32,162 bases of DNA from a virus (Duplodnaviria > Caudoviricetes): positions 1 to 32,162 of the IMG/VR virus record IMGVR_UViG_3300006851_000014; one strand, written 5' to 3'. Positions 23,973 through 32,162 of the stretch are shown here, piece by piece. The position numbers and the translations under genes were made by a program. Numbering within the stretch: the stretch's first letter is position 1; every line of letters begins with the position of its first letter. The notes beneath the pieces are model-generated. The model made no database searches, had not been told where the DNA came from, and saw only the letters and a list, made by a program, of their open reading frames with translations.

Positions 23973-25892
23973 CTAGTGAGTCTCCCGCCACGTCCGGCCG
24001 ATGTCAGCCCCGGCTGCTAGCGGCAGACGCCACCCGAACTTCTTAGCTACGGGTTGAATGGTTGAAACGAGTATCTCCTTGACCACCTCTGCGTACTCTT
24101 CACGCACGGCGATCTGTACCTCGTCGTGGATCCACCCCACCGCCGCCCATTCGTGCTGCCACCCGCCGCCTGGTGGGGTCCCGAACCGCTCGCAGAGGGC
24201 CCGGTTGATGTTCACGATCCAGTGCTTCACGATGATGCTACCGGCGCCTTGGAGGAGCGTATTCAGCGCCGCGTGCTCGTGGCGGATGTAGGCCCGCCGC
24301 TTGTCCGGTAAGAGGACGTAGCCCCTCTTGACGGCTGCTTTGATAGCGTCCTGAAGGTGTTTGAGGGCTGGCACCTTCTGGAGGAAGTCAGTCTTCTGCC
24401 GAGCGCCGATCTTCCGCTGCTCCTGCTCGCTGGTAGTCGGGTGGGAGATTGAGCCGAGCTTGGCGTCCCCGGCCCCGTAGAGCCAGGCATATATCCAAGT
24501 CTTCGCATCATCTCGGCTCAGTCCAAGGGCCTTGGCGTTCATGGAGTGGATGTCGGTGCCGTCTTCTTTGCGGCCCTCCAGGATCGCCTTGGCGTACTTC
24601 CCCCCGTCGTAGCGGCCCATGTAATGCGCTAGGCACCGTAGTTCCAGGCCGTCAGCGTCGGCCCCGACGAGAACCCATCCCTCAGGGACGGTGAAGACGG
24701 CGCGACACTCCTTGCCGTAGGGGCTGTAACTGGCAGGCACCTGGCCCAGGTTGGGGTGGGAATGGCGGTGGCGGTGCGTGACCGTAACGTTGCGGATCGA
24801 GTGGTGGATGTGTCTCATCCCCGTGAGGCGCCCGCCCTGGTAGCCGTCGTCGTTCAGGTGCTTCGTCCAGGCCTGAGTACCTTCCGAGACCTGCCCGAGT
24901 CGCTTGGCGACCATGAGATACTCGTTGAGCTCGTCGGTGATGGGGATGCTGAGGCCCTTCAGGGTGGATTCGTCCACCTTCGGCTGGCCGCTCGGGGTGA
25001 ACTCAATAGGCTCCCAGCCGTAGACCTTGATGAGCCGGTCAGAGATGTGGTGCCGGCTGTTAGGGTTGAATTCGATCAGTTTGATCTTGGTGTACGGGGC
25101 TCCCTTCGTGACGTGCTCCCACACGCCGGGCGTACCGCTCTTGCGGCGCATAGTCCGCTTCGGCGTGACCTCGCCGTTGCTGACGAACCAGGACCCGAAG
25201 CGGTCGATCAGGACCTCCTCAAGTCCCCGCTTGCGGTCCGTGAGGGTTACGATCAGGTCCCGAAGGTTCTCCTCCTGAATCGGCCAACCGTTGCGCTCCT
25301 GTTGGGCTAGGTACCAGGAGAGTTCCAGGTCGGCGTCCAAGGACTCCTGAGAGATCCCCTTGGCCTTGCGGAGCTTCCGGACCAGGGACTCGTTTACCTC
25401 CACGTCCTGTTCGCAGTAGTCCTGCATCTCGGGACGCCATTCGCTCCAGGCGTCTTCGATGCCCTGCTGCTCGCACCATTTGGTGTACTCGCCCTTATGG
25501 ATCCCCAGGCGGTATCCCCAGGCCTCGATGCCTTGGCTCCCTATGAGGTTGGACGGGAGCTTCCGCTGCGCGGCCCGTTCGTAGTCGGACTCTTTGATAT
25601 GGGCGTAGCGTAGCTGGACCATTACCAGGGTATCGAAGACCTTGCCCTGAAAGGACCACTCGGGGTAGACCTTCTGGAGGGCGGGGATGTCGAACCCGAT
25701 CAGGTTGTGTCCGTAGAGGCGTTTAGCCTGGGAGAGGACTTGTAGGCCCTCCTCGATGCTGGGGTAGTCCGGGGAGTTGTCGGTGCAGGAAAGGACCTGC
25801 CCCGTGTCAAGATCCTTGACCACGAGGCAGTGTACCTTCGTCAGGTCGTCGAGGAGGCCATTGGTCTCGATGTCCCATACGACGTTCTGCAT
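23973..25892 (-). CDS. DNA polymerase, family A (T7 gp5-like)
   Basis: Exo I DIETNGL, Exo II GHNLIGFD, Exo III YCEQDV; motif A DADGLELR, motif B RDDAKTWIYAWLYGAG, motif C WIHDEVQ. Thioredoxin-binding loop is shortened. Confidence 0.97.
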   Translation of the reverse strand: MQNVVWDIETNGLLDDLTKVHCLVVKDLDTGQVLSCTDNSPDYPSIEEGLQVLSQAKRLYGHNLIGFDIPALQKVYPEWSFQGKVFDTLVMVQLRYAHIKESDYERAAQRKLPSNLIGSQGIEAWGYRLGIHKGEYTKWCEQQGIEDAWSEWRPEMQDYCEQDVEVNESLVRKLRKAKGISQESLDADLELSWYLAQQERNGWPIQEENLRDLIVTLTDRKRGLEEVLIDRFGSWFVSNGEVTPKRTMRRKSGTPGVWEHVTKGAPYTKIKLIEFNPNSRHHISDRLIKVYGWEPIEFTPSGQPKVDESTLKGLSIPITDELNEYLMVAKRLGQVSEGTQAWTKHLNDDGYQGGRLTGMRHIHHSIRNVTVTHRHRHSHPNLGQVPASYSPYGKECRAVFTVPEGWVLVGADADGLELRCLAHYMGRYDGGKYAKAILEGRKEDGTDIHSMNAKALGLSRDDAKTWIYAWLYGAGDAKLGSISHPTTSEQEQRKIGARQKTDFLQKVPALKHLQDAIKAAVKRGYVLLPDKRRAYIRHEHAALNTLLQGAGSIIVKHWIVNINRALCERFGTPPGGGWQHEWAAVGWIHDEVQIAVREEYAEVVKEILVSTIQPVAKKFGWRLPLAAGADIGRTWRETH

Positions 25893-25904
25893 GGGGCCTC
25901 CTTG

Positions 25905-27581
25905 TTAGAAATCAGCTTCCTGTACGCTGGTGTCGTCGGAGTTTTCCTCTCCTAGTGGGTCGGGTATTGGTTGGAACCCATGGTCCTCGGCGGTGGTGGG
26001 CTCTTCCGTTTCGTAGAGCATTCCGGTCTCGTGGTCGTAGCCGAGGTAGAAGACCTCGCCCGTTGCCCGGCCGGTGTAGCGGTCCTTAAGGATCCGGACG
26101 GTGGTGGTCTGCCGGAAACGCGCGTCCTCGTGCTGCTGGTCGCGCTCCAGGCCGATCATGTAGTGGGCCCAAAACCCGATCGCCCTGGAACCGCGGAAGT
26201 GGCGGATGGCGACCCTACCGCCTTCCTCGTGTGGCTTCCCTTCGGGGGTCGCCAGATGGGACACGAACGTGACGGTGCAGTCGAGCTCCTTCACGAGGCT
26301 CCCGAGCTCACCCATGATGTTATCGAGGGCCTTCCGCTCATCCTCCTCCACTGAGGCCGCGATGGCCGTGAGGTGGTCGAGGTAGAAGTGTCTAACGTCG
26401 TGGGCGTGTGCGAGGAACTTCATACGGTCTCGGATGGCCTCCCAGGAGTTCACCCCGAAGCTGTTGTAGAGGAACACTCGGCCGGCGCGGATCCATTTAT
26501 CCCACACCTCGTCGAAGAGGGCCTCATCCCAGTAGTCGGGGATGTGCATGGGCCGCTCTGCGAACTTCCCGACGAGACGTAGTCCTGTCTCCTTCGGGTT
26601 CTGCTCCAAGGCGAAGACGCCGATCTTCTCCCCATGGACCTCGACCATGTGTCGCATGTCCTGGGTGAGGAAATCGGTCTTACCGATCCCCGTGCCGGCA
26701 CCTAGGGCGTACAGCTCGCCCGGTCGCTTCCCGTAGGTGAGCCTCGTCAGAGTCTCGAAACACCAGGACAACCCCTCGCGGGGCCGCTCCTTGATCTCGT
26801 CCTTCAGGTCTGCCAGGTCTACGATACCTTCCGGCCGGTACGGCGCCGCGCGCCACATGGCGTCCACGAGCTCCCTAGTCCGACCGGCCACCAACATCTC
26901 GCCGGCGTCCTTCAGGGGGAGCTCGGCTATGCGGGCCTTGTCGAACCCGATCACGGCCGCGGCCTCTTGGGCTGCCTTCCTGCCGGGCTCGTCCATATCG
27001 AACATGAGGATCACTTCGTCGAAGCCTCGGAAATAGTCCCGGTGCTTCGCGATGTATCTCTTGGTCTGCGGGCCGGCGCCGCTGGCGATCGAGACCACAG
27101 GCCAGGCGTTACCCTGGGCCTGGCTCATAGCCATAGCGTCGATCTCGCCCTCCGTGACCACAATCTTCTTGCCCGTCTTCGGCCACAGACGGGCCCCGAA
27201 AGGTAGGGCGTCATCGAGGGAACCAATGACGTAGAAATCCTTGTCAGGTGTCCGAACCTTCTGTGCTACGAGCTGGCCCGTAGCGTTGTAGTAGGGTGCA
27301 ACCTGGACAGGCCCGCCGTTCCGGTCCCTGGCCTGTAGGTACCCAAACTTCGCCGCGGTCTCCTGCGTGATCTTCCGGCTCTTGAGGCGGCGAGCCTCGC
27401 CGGTCAGAAACGACACTCGCCGGCCTCCTTTCTTTCGAGTCGAAAAAGAACCCCCCTCGTCGCCTGAGGGGGGCTCGTAGTGTTCACATCCGAAACAGTA
27501 GGCGCTGCCGTCGTCGTAGCGGGCGAGGTTGTCCCTCGACCCACACGCCGGACAGGGCTCATGACGGACGAAGGTTCCCAT
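25905..27581 (-). CDS. Primase/helicase (T7 gp4-like), 558 aa; probable internal start at GTG 27416
   Basis: Zn finger CPACGSRD..YCFGC, TOPRIM TEGEIDAM and FDMDEPG, helicase GAGTGIGKT, LDHL, VSHL, HEEGG, FRGS. True start at MGTFVRHEPC. Confidence 0.96.
   Translation of the reverse strand: MGTFVRHEPCPACGSRDNLARYDDGSAYCFGCEHYEPPSGDEGGSFSTRKKGGRRVSFLTGEARRLKSRKITQETAAKFGYLQARDRNGGPVQVAPYYNATGQLVAQKVRTPDKDFYVIGSLDDALPFGARLWPKTGKKIVVTEGEIDAMAMSQAQGNAWPVVSIASGAGPQTKRYIAKHRDYFRGFDEVILMFDMDEPGRKAAQEAAAVIGFDKARIAELPLKDAGEMLVAGRTRELVDAMWRAAPYRPEGIVDLADLKDEIKERPREGLSWCFETLTRLTYGKRPGELYALGAGTGIGKTDFLTQDMRHMVEVHGEKIGVFALEQNPKETGLRLVGKFAERPMHIPDYWDEALFDEVWDKWIRAGRVFLYNSFGVNSWEAIRDRMKFLAHAHDVRHFYLDHLTAIAASVEEDERKALDNIMGELGSLVKELDCTVTFVSHLATPEGKPHEEGGRVAIRHFRGSRAIGFWAHYMIGLERDQQHEDARFRQTTTVRILKDRYTGRATGEVFYLGYDHETGMLYETEEPTTAEDHGFQPIPDPLGEENSDDTSVQEADF
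25947..25969 (-). promoter_or_regulatory. Phage RNAP promoter embedded in helicase 3' end, upstream of DNA polymerase
   Basis: CAATACCCGACCCACTA|GGAGAG. Confidence 0.8.
27443..27476 (-). terminator. Intrinsic terminator-like hairpin inside primase gene
   Basis: GAGCCCCCCUC-AGGCGAC-GAGGGGGGUUC followed by UUUUU (11-bp stem with one G-U). Confidence 0.55.
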
Positions 27582-27583
27582 TG

Positions 27584-28123
27584 CTAGTCCCCGAACAGGT
27601 CCAGCTGCTGATCGCTGCCGTAGTAGGCGCGGAGTTCCTCTCGGGGCCCGTCGGGGAACTCCTGGCGGACCCACTCCTCTACATCGAAGCTAGGGCAGAA
27701 CGTGTTGGCGTTGGGGAGATCCCGGTGCCCTACCCAGTGGTCAAGCTCTGGGTACTTAATCATGGCCGACAGCATCATGACCCGCAGGGCCTCGAACTGG
27801 ATCGGCAGGAAGTTGTTCACGCCTTCCAGTCGGACGAACCGGCCCTGGTCGTCGCGGACGGCCCGCGCCCCGCCCTCCAGGCAGATAGCGAAGCTGTCGG
27901 CGTTGTAGCCGGCGGCGTGCGCGCCGCTGGCCCCGAAGTCCCGGCCGATCTCGATGACGCCGTTGCGGCGAATGTAGACGTGGTAGCCAACATCCAGCCA
28001 GCCACGTTCCTCGACGTGCCAGCGGCGGATGGTCTCGATGTCAACCGGACCGTGCCAGTGGGGGTCGGTGGCGGCGCAGTGAATCACGCCGCGTGTTGTA
28101 TGTCGTCGCCGTGGGGGTGTCAC
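27584..28123 (-). CDS. N-acetylmuramoyl-L-alanine amidase (T7 lysozyme gp3.5-like)
   Basis: IHCAAT, IRRWH..RGWLDVGYH, GAHAAGYN, ICLEGG, GHRDL..CPSFDV. Confidence 0.95.
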   Translation of the reverse strand: MTPPRRRHTTRGVIHCAATDPHWHGPVDIETIRRWHVEERGWLDVGYHVYIRRNGVIEIGRDFGASGAHAAGYNADSFAICLEGGARAVRDDQGRFVRLEGVNNFLPIQFEALRVMMLSAMIKYPELDHWVGHRDLPNANTFCPSFDVEEWVRQEFPDGPREELRAYYGSDQQLDLFGD

Positions 28124-28569
28124 TTCTTCCTCCTTTTAGCGTTGATGGGGGCTTTCAGGATCTCGCGGATCGTCGCGATACTCTTCTCATTGGGCGGCTC
28201 CTGGATCCAGGAGAGTGGAATCTCCTTGTCGGCGTAGAGCCAACCCTTCGATTCGCAGTAGTCGCCGTAGGTGGTCTTGGAGGTCTTCGAGATGGTTGTA
28301 GCCGAGCGGGAGAAGACGAAACGGAGGTCTAGGTCCGGCCAGGTGTCGCGGATCATGATGAACTTCTGCCGATCCGCGGTCTCCCAGCGGCCCTTGGCCT
28401 CGATCACGATGCCGTTGGGCAATACGAAATCGAGGAGGTACCTACGCTGCTTCTCCGGCTGGATGTAGGGGATCTGAAAGGGCTCGTAGTCGAAACCCAC
28501 ACCCAGCCGTTGAAGCTGCGCCGCGATCCGCCGCTCCAGCCCCGATCGGAACTGGTCGCGGCTAGTCAT
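28120..28569 (-). CDS. Endonuclease I / Holliday junction resolvase (T7 gp3-like)
   Basis: FRSGLE, DFVLPNGIVIEAKG, DLRFVF, SKTTYGDYC motifs. Confidence 0.96.
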   Translation of the reverse strand: MTSRDQFRSGLERRIAAQLQRLGVGFDYEPFQIPYIQPEKQRRYLLDFVLPNGIVIEAKGRWETADRQKFIMIRDTWPDLDLRFVFSRSATTISKTSKTTYGDYCESKGWLYADKEIPLSWIQEPPNEKSIATIREILKAPINAKRRKK

Positions 28570-29147
28570 TAGAAGTCCGCGTCCACGAAGTCGTCGTCTT
28601 CCTCATCCTCGTCGGGCTCCGTCAGGGGATCGTTCTCGGGGAAGGTGTCGTCCACAGGAGCCGTGAAGCCCTCAACAGCGTCGAACCCGAAGCTGGAGGC
28701 GTCACCGCCGCCGAACTCCTTCAGGTCGATGATCTGGAGAGCGTTGAGGTAGAGCGTGACGCCGGTGTGGCCGAAGCCCTCGTAGACCCGCATGAGCCCG
28801 GCGACCCGTGCGCGGGTGCCGCCGCCGACCTTCACGCCGGGGGCCATCGGGGTCCCCTGGGCGTCGAAGAGCGCCGGCTGGTGCTTGCTCTTGGCCTTGA
28901 ACGTCACGGTCCCGTCGTCGTTCTCCGTGAACGGGGCCTTGTTCGGGGCCTTGGCAAGCTTCTGGCGCTTGGCCTGGGCGATCAGTTTCTTCGCCAGGTC
29001 GATGAGAGGCTGGGCCTCCTCCCGCGTGAGCGTGAACTCGGTCGTGTAAACCCCATCCTCGTCGAACTTCGTGTCCGGCGCGTGGACGTGGGGCCACACG
29101 AGGGTAGCGATAGGAGACGTGAAACGCTCTTGAGGCATCTTTGCCAT
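28569..29147 (-). CDS. Single-stranded DNA-binding protein (T7 gp2.5-like)
   Basis: PDTKF..GVY, GVTLYLNALQIIDL, acidic tail ending in DADF. Confidence 0.93.
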   Translation of the reverse strand: MAKMPQERFTSPIATLVWPHVHAPDTKFDEDGVYTTEFTLTREEAQPLIDLAKKLIAQAKRQKLAKAPNKAPFTENDDGTVTFKAKSKHQPALFDAQGTPMAPGVKVGGGTRARVAGLMRVYEGFGHTGVTLYLNALQIIDLKEFGGGDASSFGFDAVEGFTAPVDDTFPENDPLTEPDEDEEDDDFVDADF

Positions 29148-29234
29148 TGGTACTCCTACTGTGTTGTGGTGTTTGTGGCGAAGCCCCCGCTAAGGAGCGG
29201 TGGGTTATGGGGGAGGTCGGGTTATTCTTTGGGT

Positions 29235-29504
29235 TCAGAGAAGCCCGAGCCGAACACGGTGCCGCTCGATGCGGCGGCGCTGCTGGCGGGTCAGGCGCCC
29301 CATACGGGGACCTGTGCACCAACTCTTCTGGCGGAAGTAGGCGTCGAAGATCGACCACACGAACACGTTGGACCGGCGGATGTCCCACAGGGTTAGGATC
29401 AACAGGCTCGTGAGGAACGGGTAGACGCGGGCAGCCAGTACGAGGACCGTGAGGGTCGTGAGGATCCCGGAGACGAAGAGGAGCACTATTAGACCACCTC
29501 CCAT
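29235..29504 (-). CDS. Hypothetical membrane protein with basic tail
   Basis: Long hydrophobic N-terminal half and Arg-rich C-terminus; fills the gap in the minus-strand operon. Start uncertain. Confidence 0.5.
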   Translation of the reverse strand: MGGGLIVLLFVSGILTTLTVLVLAARVYPFLTSLLILTLWDIRRSNVFVWSIFDAYFRQKSWCTGPRMGRLTRQQRRRIERHRVRLGLL

Positions 29505-29707
29505 ACGGCTGCACGGCGACCCGACAGGGTGCGTCGGGTCTTGGTGGAACGGCGAATGAGGCCTCGGTCCTCCAGTTCACGGAGGCGGGGCCGGATGGTG
29601 TTACCGGAGTAGCCGGTGTCGATGGCGACCTGCTCGGCGGTGCGGGGGTACCGGCGAAGGCTGTCGTACACGTCCCGCTGGGCGGGCTGTAGGGTGGGTA
29701 CAGGCAT
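29489..29707 (-). CDS. Winged helix-turn-helix DNA-binding protein
   Basis: TAEQVAIDTGYSGNTIRPRLRELEDRGLI..R...SGR.A.VW pattern; TAATG-coupled to the upstream gene. Confidence 0.85.
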   Translation of the reverse strand: MPVPTLQPAQRDVYDSLRRYPRTAEQVAIDTGYSGNTIRPRLRELEDRGLIRRSTKTRRTLSGRRAAVWEVV

Positions 29708-29940
29708 TATTGAACCTCGTCGCTGTTGAGTTCGTCGTGTAGGGCGGCGCGGAGATTCTTGATCCGCTCCTGGGCGCTCTCGATCTCGTCGATGTAGTTG
29801 GTCACGCGTTCGTGTAGGACCTCGTTCTCCAGCTCCAGCGAGGCGGTACGGATCTTGTAACGACGGATGAGCTCATTGAGGTCCGCGATCTCGTTCTCCA
29901 GGCGTTTGTTACGACGGGGGACAAAGAACAGGTAGTTCAT
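29707..29940 (-). CDS. Hypothetical coiled-coil protein
   Basis: Heptad pattern (LENEIADLNELI..LELENEVL); first gene after the promoter at 30014-30036. Start is ATG 29940 or GTG 29955. Confidence 0.65.
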   Translation of the reverse strand: MNYLFFVPRRNKRLENEIADLNELIRRYKIRTASLELENEVLHERVTNYIDEIESAQERIKNLRAALHDELNSDEVQ

Positions 29941-30013
29941 TCCACAGGTCTCCACGGATGTGAGTAGGCCCCAGGGGTCGGTTAGGGCGTCGCTGGGGCC
30001 GTTTGGCGATGGG

Positions 30014-30036
30014 TTCTCCTAGTTGGTCGGGTATTA
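30014..30036 (-). promoter_or_regulatory. Phage RNAP promoter
   Basis: TAATACCCGACCAACTA|GGAGAA; the leading TAA is the stop codon of the upstream gene. Confidence 0.9.
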
Positions 30037-30501
30037 GACGGCTTCGAGGTCCAGCCGGCTGGTACGGTCGGCCGTTGTCTTTACCGGGTGGATGAGGGCG
30101 TAGCTGTAGCCCCGCTCCCTCAGTTCCTTGGTACGTTCCTGCGCCTCGGTCAGGGTGCCGTAGACGACGGCCTTGTCGATCGGGCCCTTGTAGGGAATAT
30201 CCCGCCCATGAGTCCCGACGTAGAAGCTACGGGTGCCTTCCAGGGAGATTGCGAAGCCGTTCGCTTCCAGGAGGTCGGCGATCACCACGCTCGCCGGATC
30301 CGTGTAGACCTCGACGGGCGTGATGACGGCTCGCCTGTATAAGATTTCGTAGGAGATGAGGTACTTCAGCCGCTCCGTAGCCTCCTCCAGGCTGTCGTGC
30401 AGTTTGGCGTCCTCTAGGCCTCCAAGGAGGTTCCCCAGGGGGCCACCGTTGTCGTAGCGGGTTCCAGGGAACCGGATGGCGTACTTCAGGTTCTTTTCCA
30501 T
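30034..30501 (-). CDS. Hypothetical protein with internal two-fold repeat (155 aa)
   Basis: Start MEKNLKYAI at ATG 30501, downstream of the promoter. YAIRFPGTR..A.L..SLEEATER..AVITPV is repeated as FAISLEGTR..AVV..TLTEAQER..ALIHPV. Confidence 0.75.
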   Translation of the reverse strand: MEKNLKYAIRFPGTRYDNGGPLGNLLGGLEDAKLHDSLEEATERLKYLISYEILYRRAVITPVEVYTDPASVVIADLLEANGFAISLEGTRSFYVGTHGRDIPYKGPIDKAVVYGTLTEAQERTKELRERGYSYALIHPVKTTADRTSRLDLEAV

Positions 30502-30570
30502 TGCGCCCTTTCGGGTAGATGTGGAGGACCCCTGGAAGCGTTGGTGCTCCCAGGGCCGTTCAGTGATGGG

Positions 30571-30593
30571 TTCTCCTAGCTGGTCGGGTATTA
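30571..30593 (-). promoter_or_regulatory. Phage RNAP promoter immediately after RNAP gene
   Basis: TAATACCCGACCAGCTA|GGAGAA; the leading TAA is the RNAP stop codon. Position equivalent to T7 phi1.1. Confidence 0.9.
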
Positions 30594-32162
30594 GGAGAAG
30601 AAGTAGTCGGAGACCAGTACGCCGGACAAATCGAGAGAGCCGGGACGGGGCGCCTCGGGGATCTCCGCTTCGTCTACCTGCTCCTGCCACTGCTCGCGTA
30701 GGAGGGCGGGCACGTCCACCTGGTAGAGACGCACGAACTCCTGCCGTAGGATCTCCGACAGGAGCTCGGCGTCCCCCGGCACCGTGGCGTAGGAGTCGTG
30801 AACCATACCGAAGGCCTCGATCCCCTCCTCGCTCGCGGCCTGTACCGTGAGCATGAGCGCGGCCGCGTCTAGAGAATGGATCACGTTAGGCGCGATCGCG
30901 TTTGCTTGTTTGTGTACGGCCACCTTGTCCGTGGCCTCGTGGTAGCGGGGAGCTATAAGTTTACCCGCAAGTATAGTTTCCACCTTCTTCCGGCTCATCT
31001 CCCAGTAGCCCTGAACCACGGGGAACCCGGTCAACGGGACCTCCCACTGTACGGGCTTACCCTCGCCGGTCACGGCCCGCGCGGCCCGCTGGAGCCATTC
31101 CATAGCCTCGAAGGCCTTCACAACGACGCCGCCCAGGGCGTCCCAGATGGCCTTCGCCATATAACCCGCCGCTTCGAAGACTACGGACTCCATCTCCCCG
31201 GTCTCCTCGTTGAGGACGCTGAAGTGGGCCTCGGTAGTCTCCCAGTCGGTGTCCTTCTGGAGGTACTCCGTGATCTGCGAAGTGAAGCCGAAGACCTTGG
31301 ACCCGTAGCCGAAGGTCATCGTGGGCCGCTTCGTGAGTTCTCGGTCCACAAGTCCACTGGTCAGCCACAACTTCGCCAGGGGGTTGTCGAAGGCCTCGGC
31401 CTCCAGGAGGTCCAGGACCCGCTCTGCGACCAGGGAGTACACGTCGCGGGGGCGGGCGTTGGGCGAGACGTTGACGGCCACGGCCCCTACCTCGTCACGG
31501 AACATGGCCGCGAAGTGCTGGAGCCCGTTGCAGGATCCGTCCATGGCTACGGGGAGGCCGCATAGGTAGTCTCCAGAATAACCGGCCTCCTCCCAACGCG
31601 ACCACTCGCAGCACGCCGCGAAGAATTGGAGAGGGTCGTCGGCGTCCGTCCACCACAGGTCCGCCCAAGGGTCGCGGGCGACCTGGAGGACGCGCTCCTC
31701 GTTGTCCTCCACCCACACCTGACGCTCGATCAGCGTCATCGTGGAGACCCGCGTACCGCCGGGGGTGACCCCCATGGAGCCCGTCAGGTGAATTGCCAAC
31801 CACTTCCCGCCCAAGGCGCCTATGGGCCTCTTGTCCGCGAAGGTCAGGAGGGCCTTCTCAATGTCCGGCCCCTGGGGCGAGAGGTAGTCCACGATCGGGT
31901 AGATCCGGCCTCTGAAGTCCATGTTGTAGGGGTAGTAGAACACTTCCTCATCAGCGAACCGCTCGACGACACGCATGAGACGACTGTGGGCGATCTGCTC
32001 CAGCTTGGCGTAGTGGTTGCGCTCCTTCACCTGGCCCAAGGCGTATCGGTGCGCCCGTAGGAGGGCCTTCACCTGGTCTTCCGGCCCCTCCGGGTCCCCG
32101 TCCAGGATCTTCACGTCCCCTAGGGCTCCCTCGGCCCGCATGGCCGTGTAGGTGTCCCAAAG
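30591..32162 (-). CDS. T7-like single-subunit DNA-dependent RNA polymerase (5' truncated by window)
   Basis: DFRGRIYP, DGSCNGLQHF, RELTKRPTMTFGYGS, IAPNVIHSLDA, MVHDSY and C-terminal SDYFFS. Frame is open to the window edge. Confidence 0.98.
   Translation of the reverse strand, partial: LWDTYTAMRAEGALGDVKILDGDPEGPEDQVKALLRAHRYALGQVKERNHYAKLEQIAHSRLMRVVERFADEEVFYYPYNMDFRGRIYPIVDYLSPQGPDIEKALLTFADKRPIGALGGKWLAIHLTGSMGVTPGGTRVSTMTLIERQVWVEDNEERVLQVARDPWADLWWTDADDPLQFFAACCEWSRWEEAGYSGDYLCGLPVAMDGSCNGLQHFAAMFRDEVGAVAVNVSPNARPRDVYSLVAERVLDLLEAEAFDNPLAKLWLTSGLVDRELTKRPTMTFGYGSKVFGFTSQITEYLQKDTDWETTEAHFSVLNEETGEMESVVFEAAGYMAKAIWDALGGVVVKAFEAMEWLQRAARAVTGEGKPVQWEVPLTGFPVVQGYWEMSRKKVETILAGKLIAPRYHEATDKVAVHKQANAIAPNVIHSLDAAALMLTVQAASEEGIEAFGMVHDSYATVPGDAELLSEILRQEFVRLYQVDVPALLREQWQEQVDEAEIPEAPRPGSLDLSGVLVSDYFFS

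Noticed and set aside
23520-23990. Group I intron splitting the DNA polymerase
   Set aside because: The polymerase ends with a complete C-terminus (..GRTWRETH) and the flanks are too short for a ribozyme core.
24760-24810. Polymerase TGR motif changed to THR as a sign of modified-base replication
   Set aside because: The key Arg is retained, motifs A, B and C are normal, and I recall similar variants in other environmental T7-like polymerases. Not enough evidence on its own.
27582-27674. ORF-track N-terminal extension of primase (and of 30034-30690 and 18424-18642)
   Set aside because: The extensions overlap upstream genes or promoters, or lack an SD; downstream starts match domain boundaries better.
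3369-32060. Long plus-strand ORFs (e.g. 6797-7639, 11186-12073, 17182-18057, 30876-31565)
   Set aside because: They are antisense to well-supported genes, lack recognisable motifs, and are expected in GC-rich DNA.
1-32162. Stop-codon reassignment, suggested by the apparent lack of a long ORF at 1-3.3 kb
   Set aside because: All core genes are full length in the standard code, and TAA, TAG and TGA all terminate genes.

Overview
About 32 kb of a GC-rich T7-like podovirus (Autographiviridae-type) genome, with every credible gene on the minus strand. In transcription order (right to left): single-subunit RNA polymerase (5' end outside the window), small early genes including a winged-HTH, SSB, endonuclease I, T7-type amidase, primase/helicase, DNA polymerase, a free-standing PD-(D/E)XK nuclease, exonuclease, a dATP/dGTP diphosphohydrolase-like protein, a HAD deoxyribonucleotidase, portal, scaffold, a holin-like gene, a tRNA-like element, major capsid, tail tubular A and B, three internal virion proteins, and small and large terminase. 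The window ends in a repeat-built tail-fibre-like ORF of at least 1111 codons that the ORF track missed because it runs off the left edge. Four 23-bp phage promoters were found by eye (consensus YAATACCCGACCMNMTA|GGARRR). The most unusual observations are: (1) a putative ADP-ribosyltransferase domain inside the ejected gp16-like protein; (2) a tRNA-shaped RNA with a broken anticodon arm whose CUGAGAA is exactly complementary to the loop of a downstream hairpin in the capsid leader, where no consensus promoter was found; (3) a rebuilt tail, with tandem-duplicated gp11, an ~310-aa insertion in gp12, no gp17 at its usual place, and a six-module fibre after terL. All assignments come from motif recognition by eye; no searches were run.
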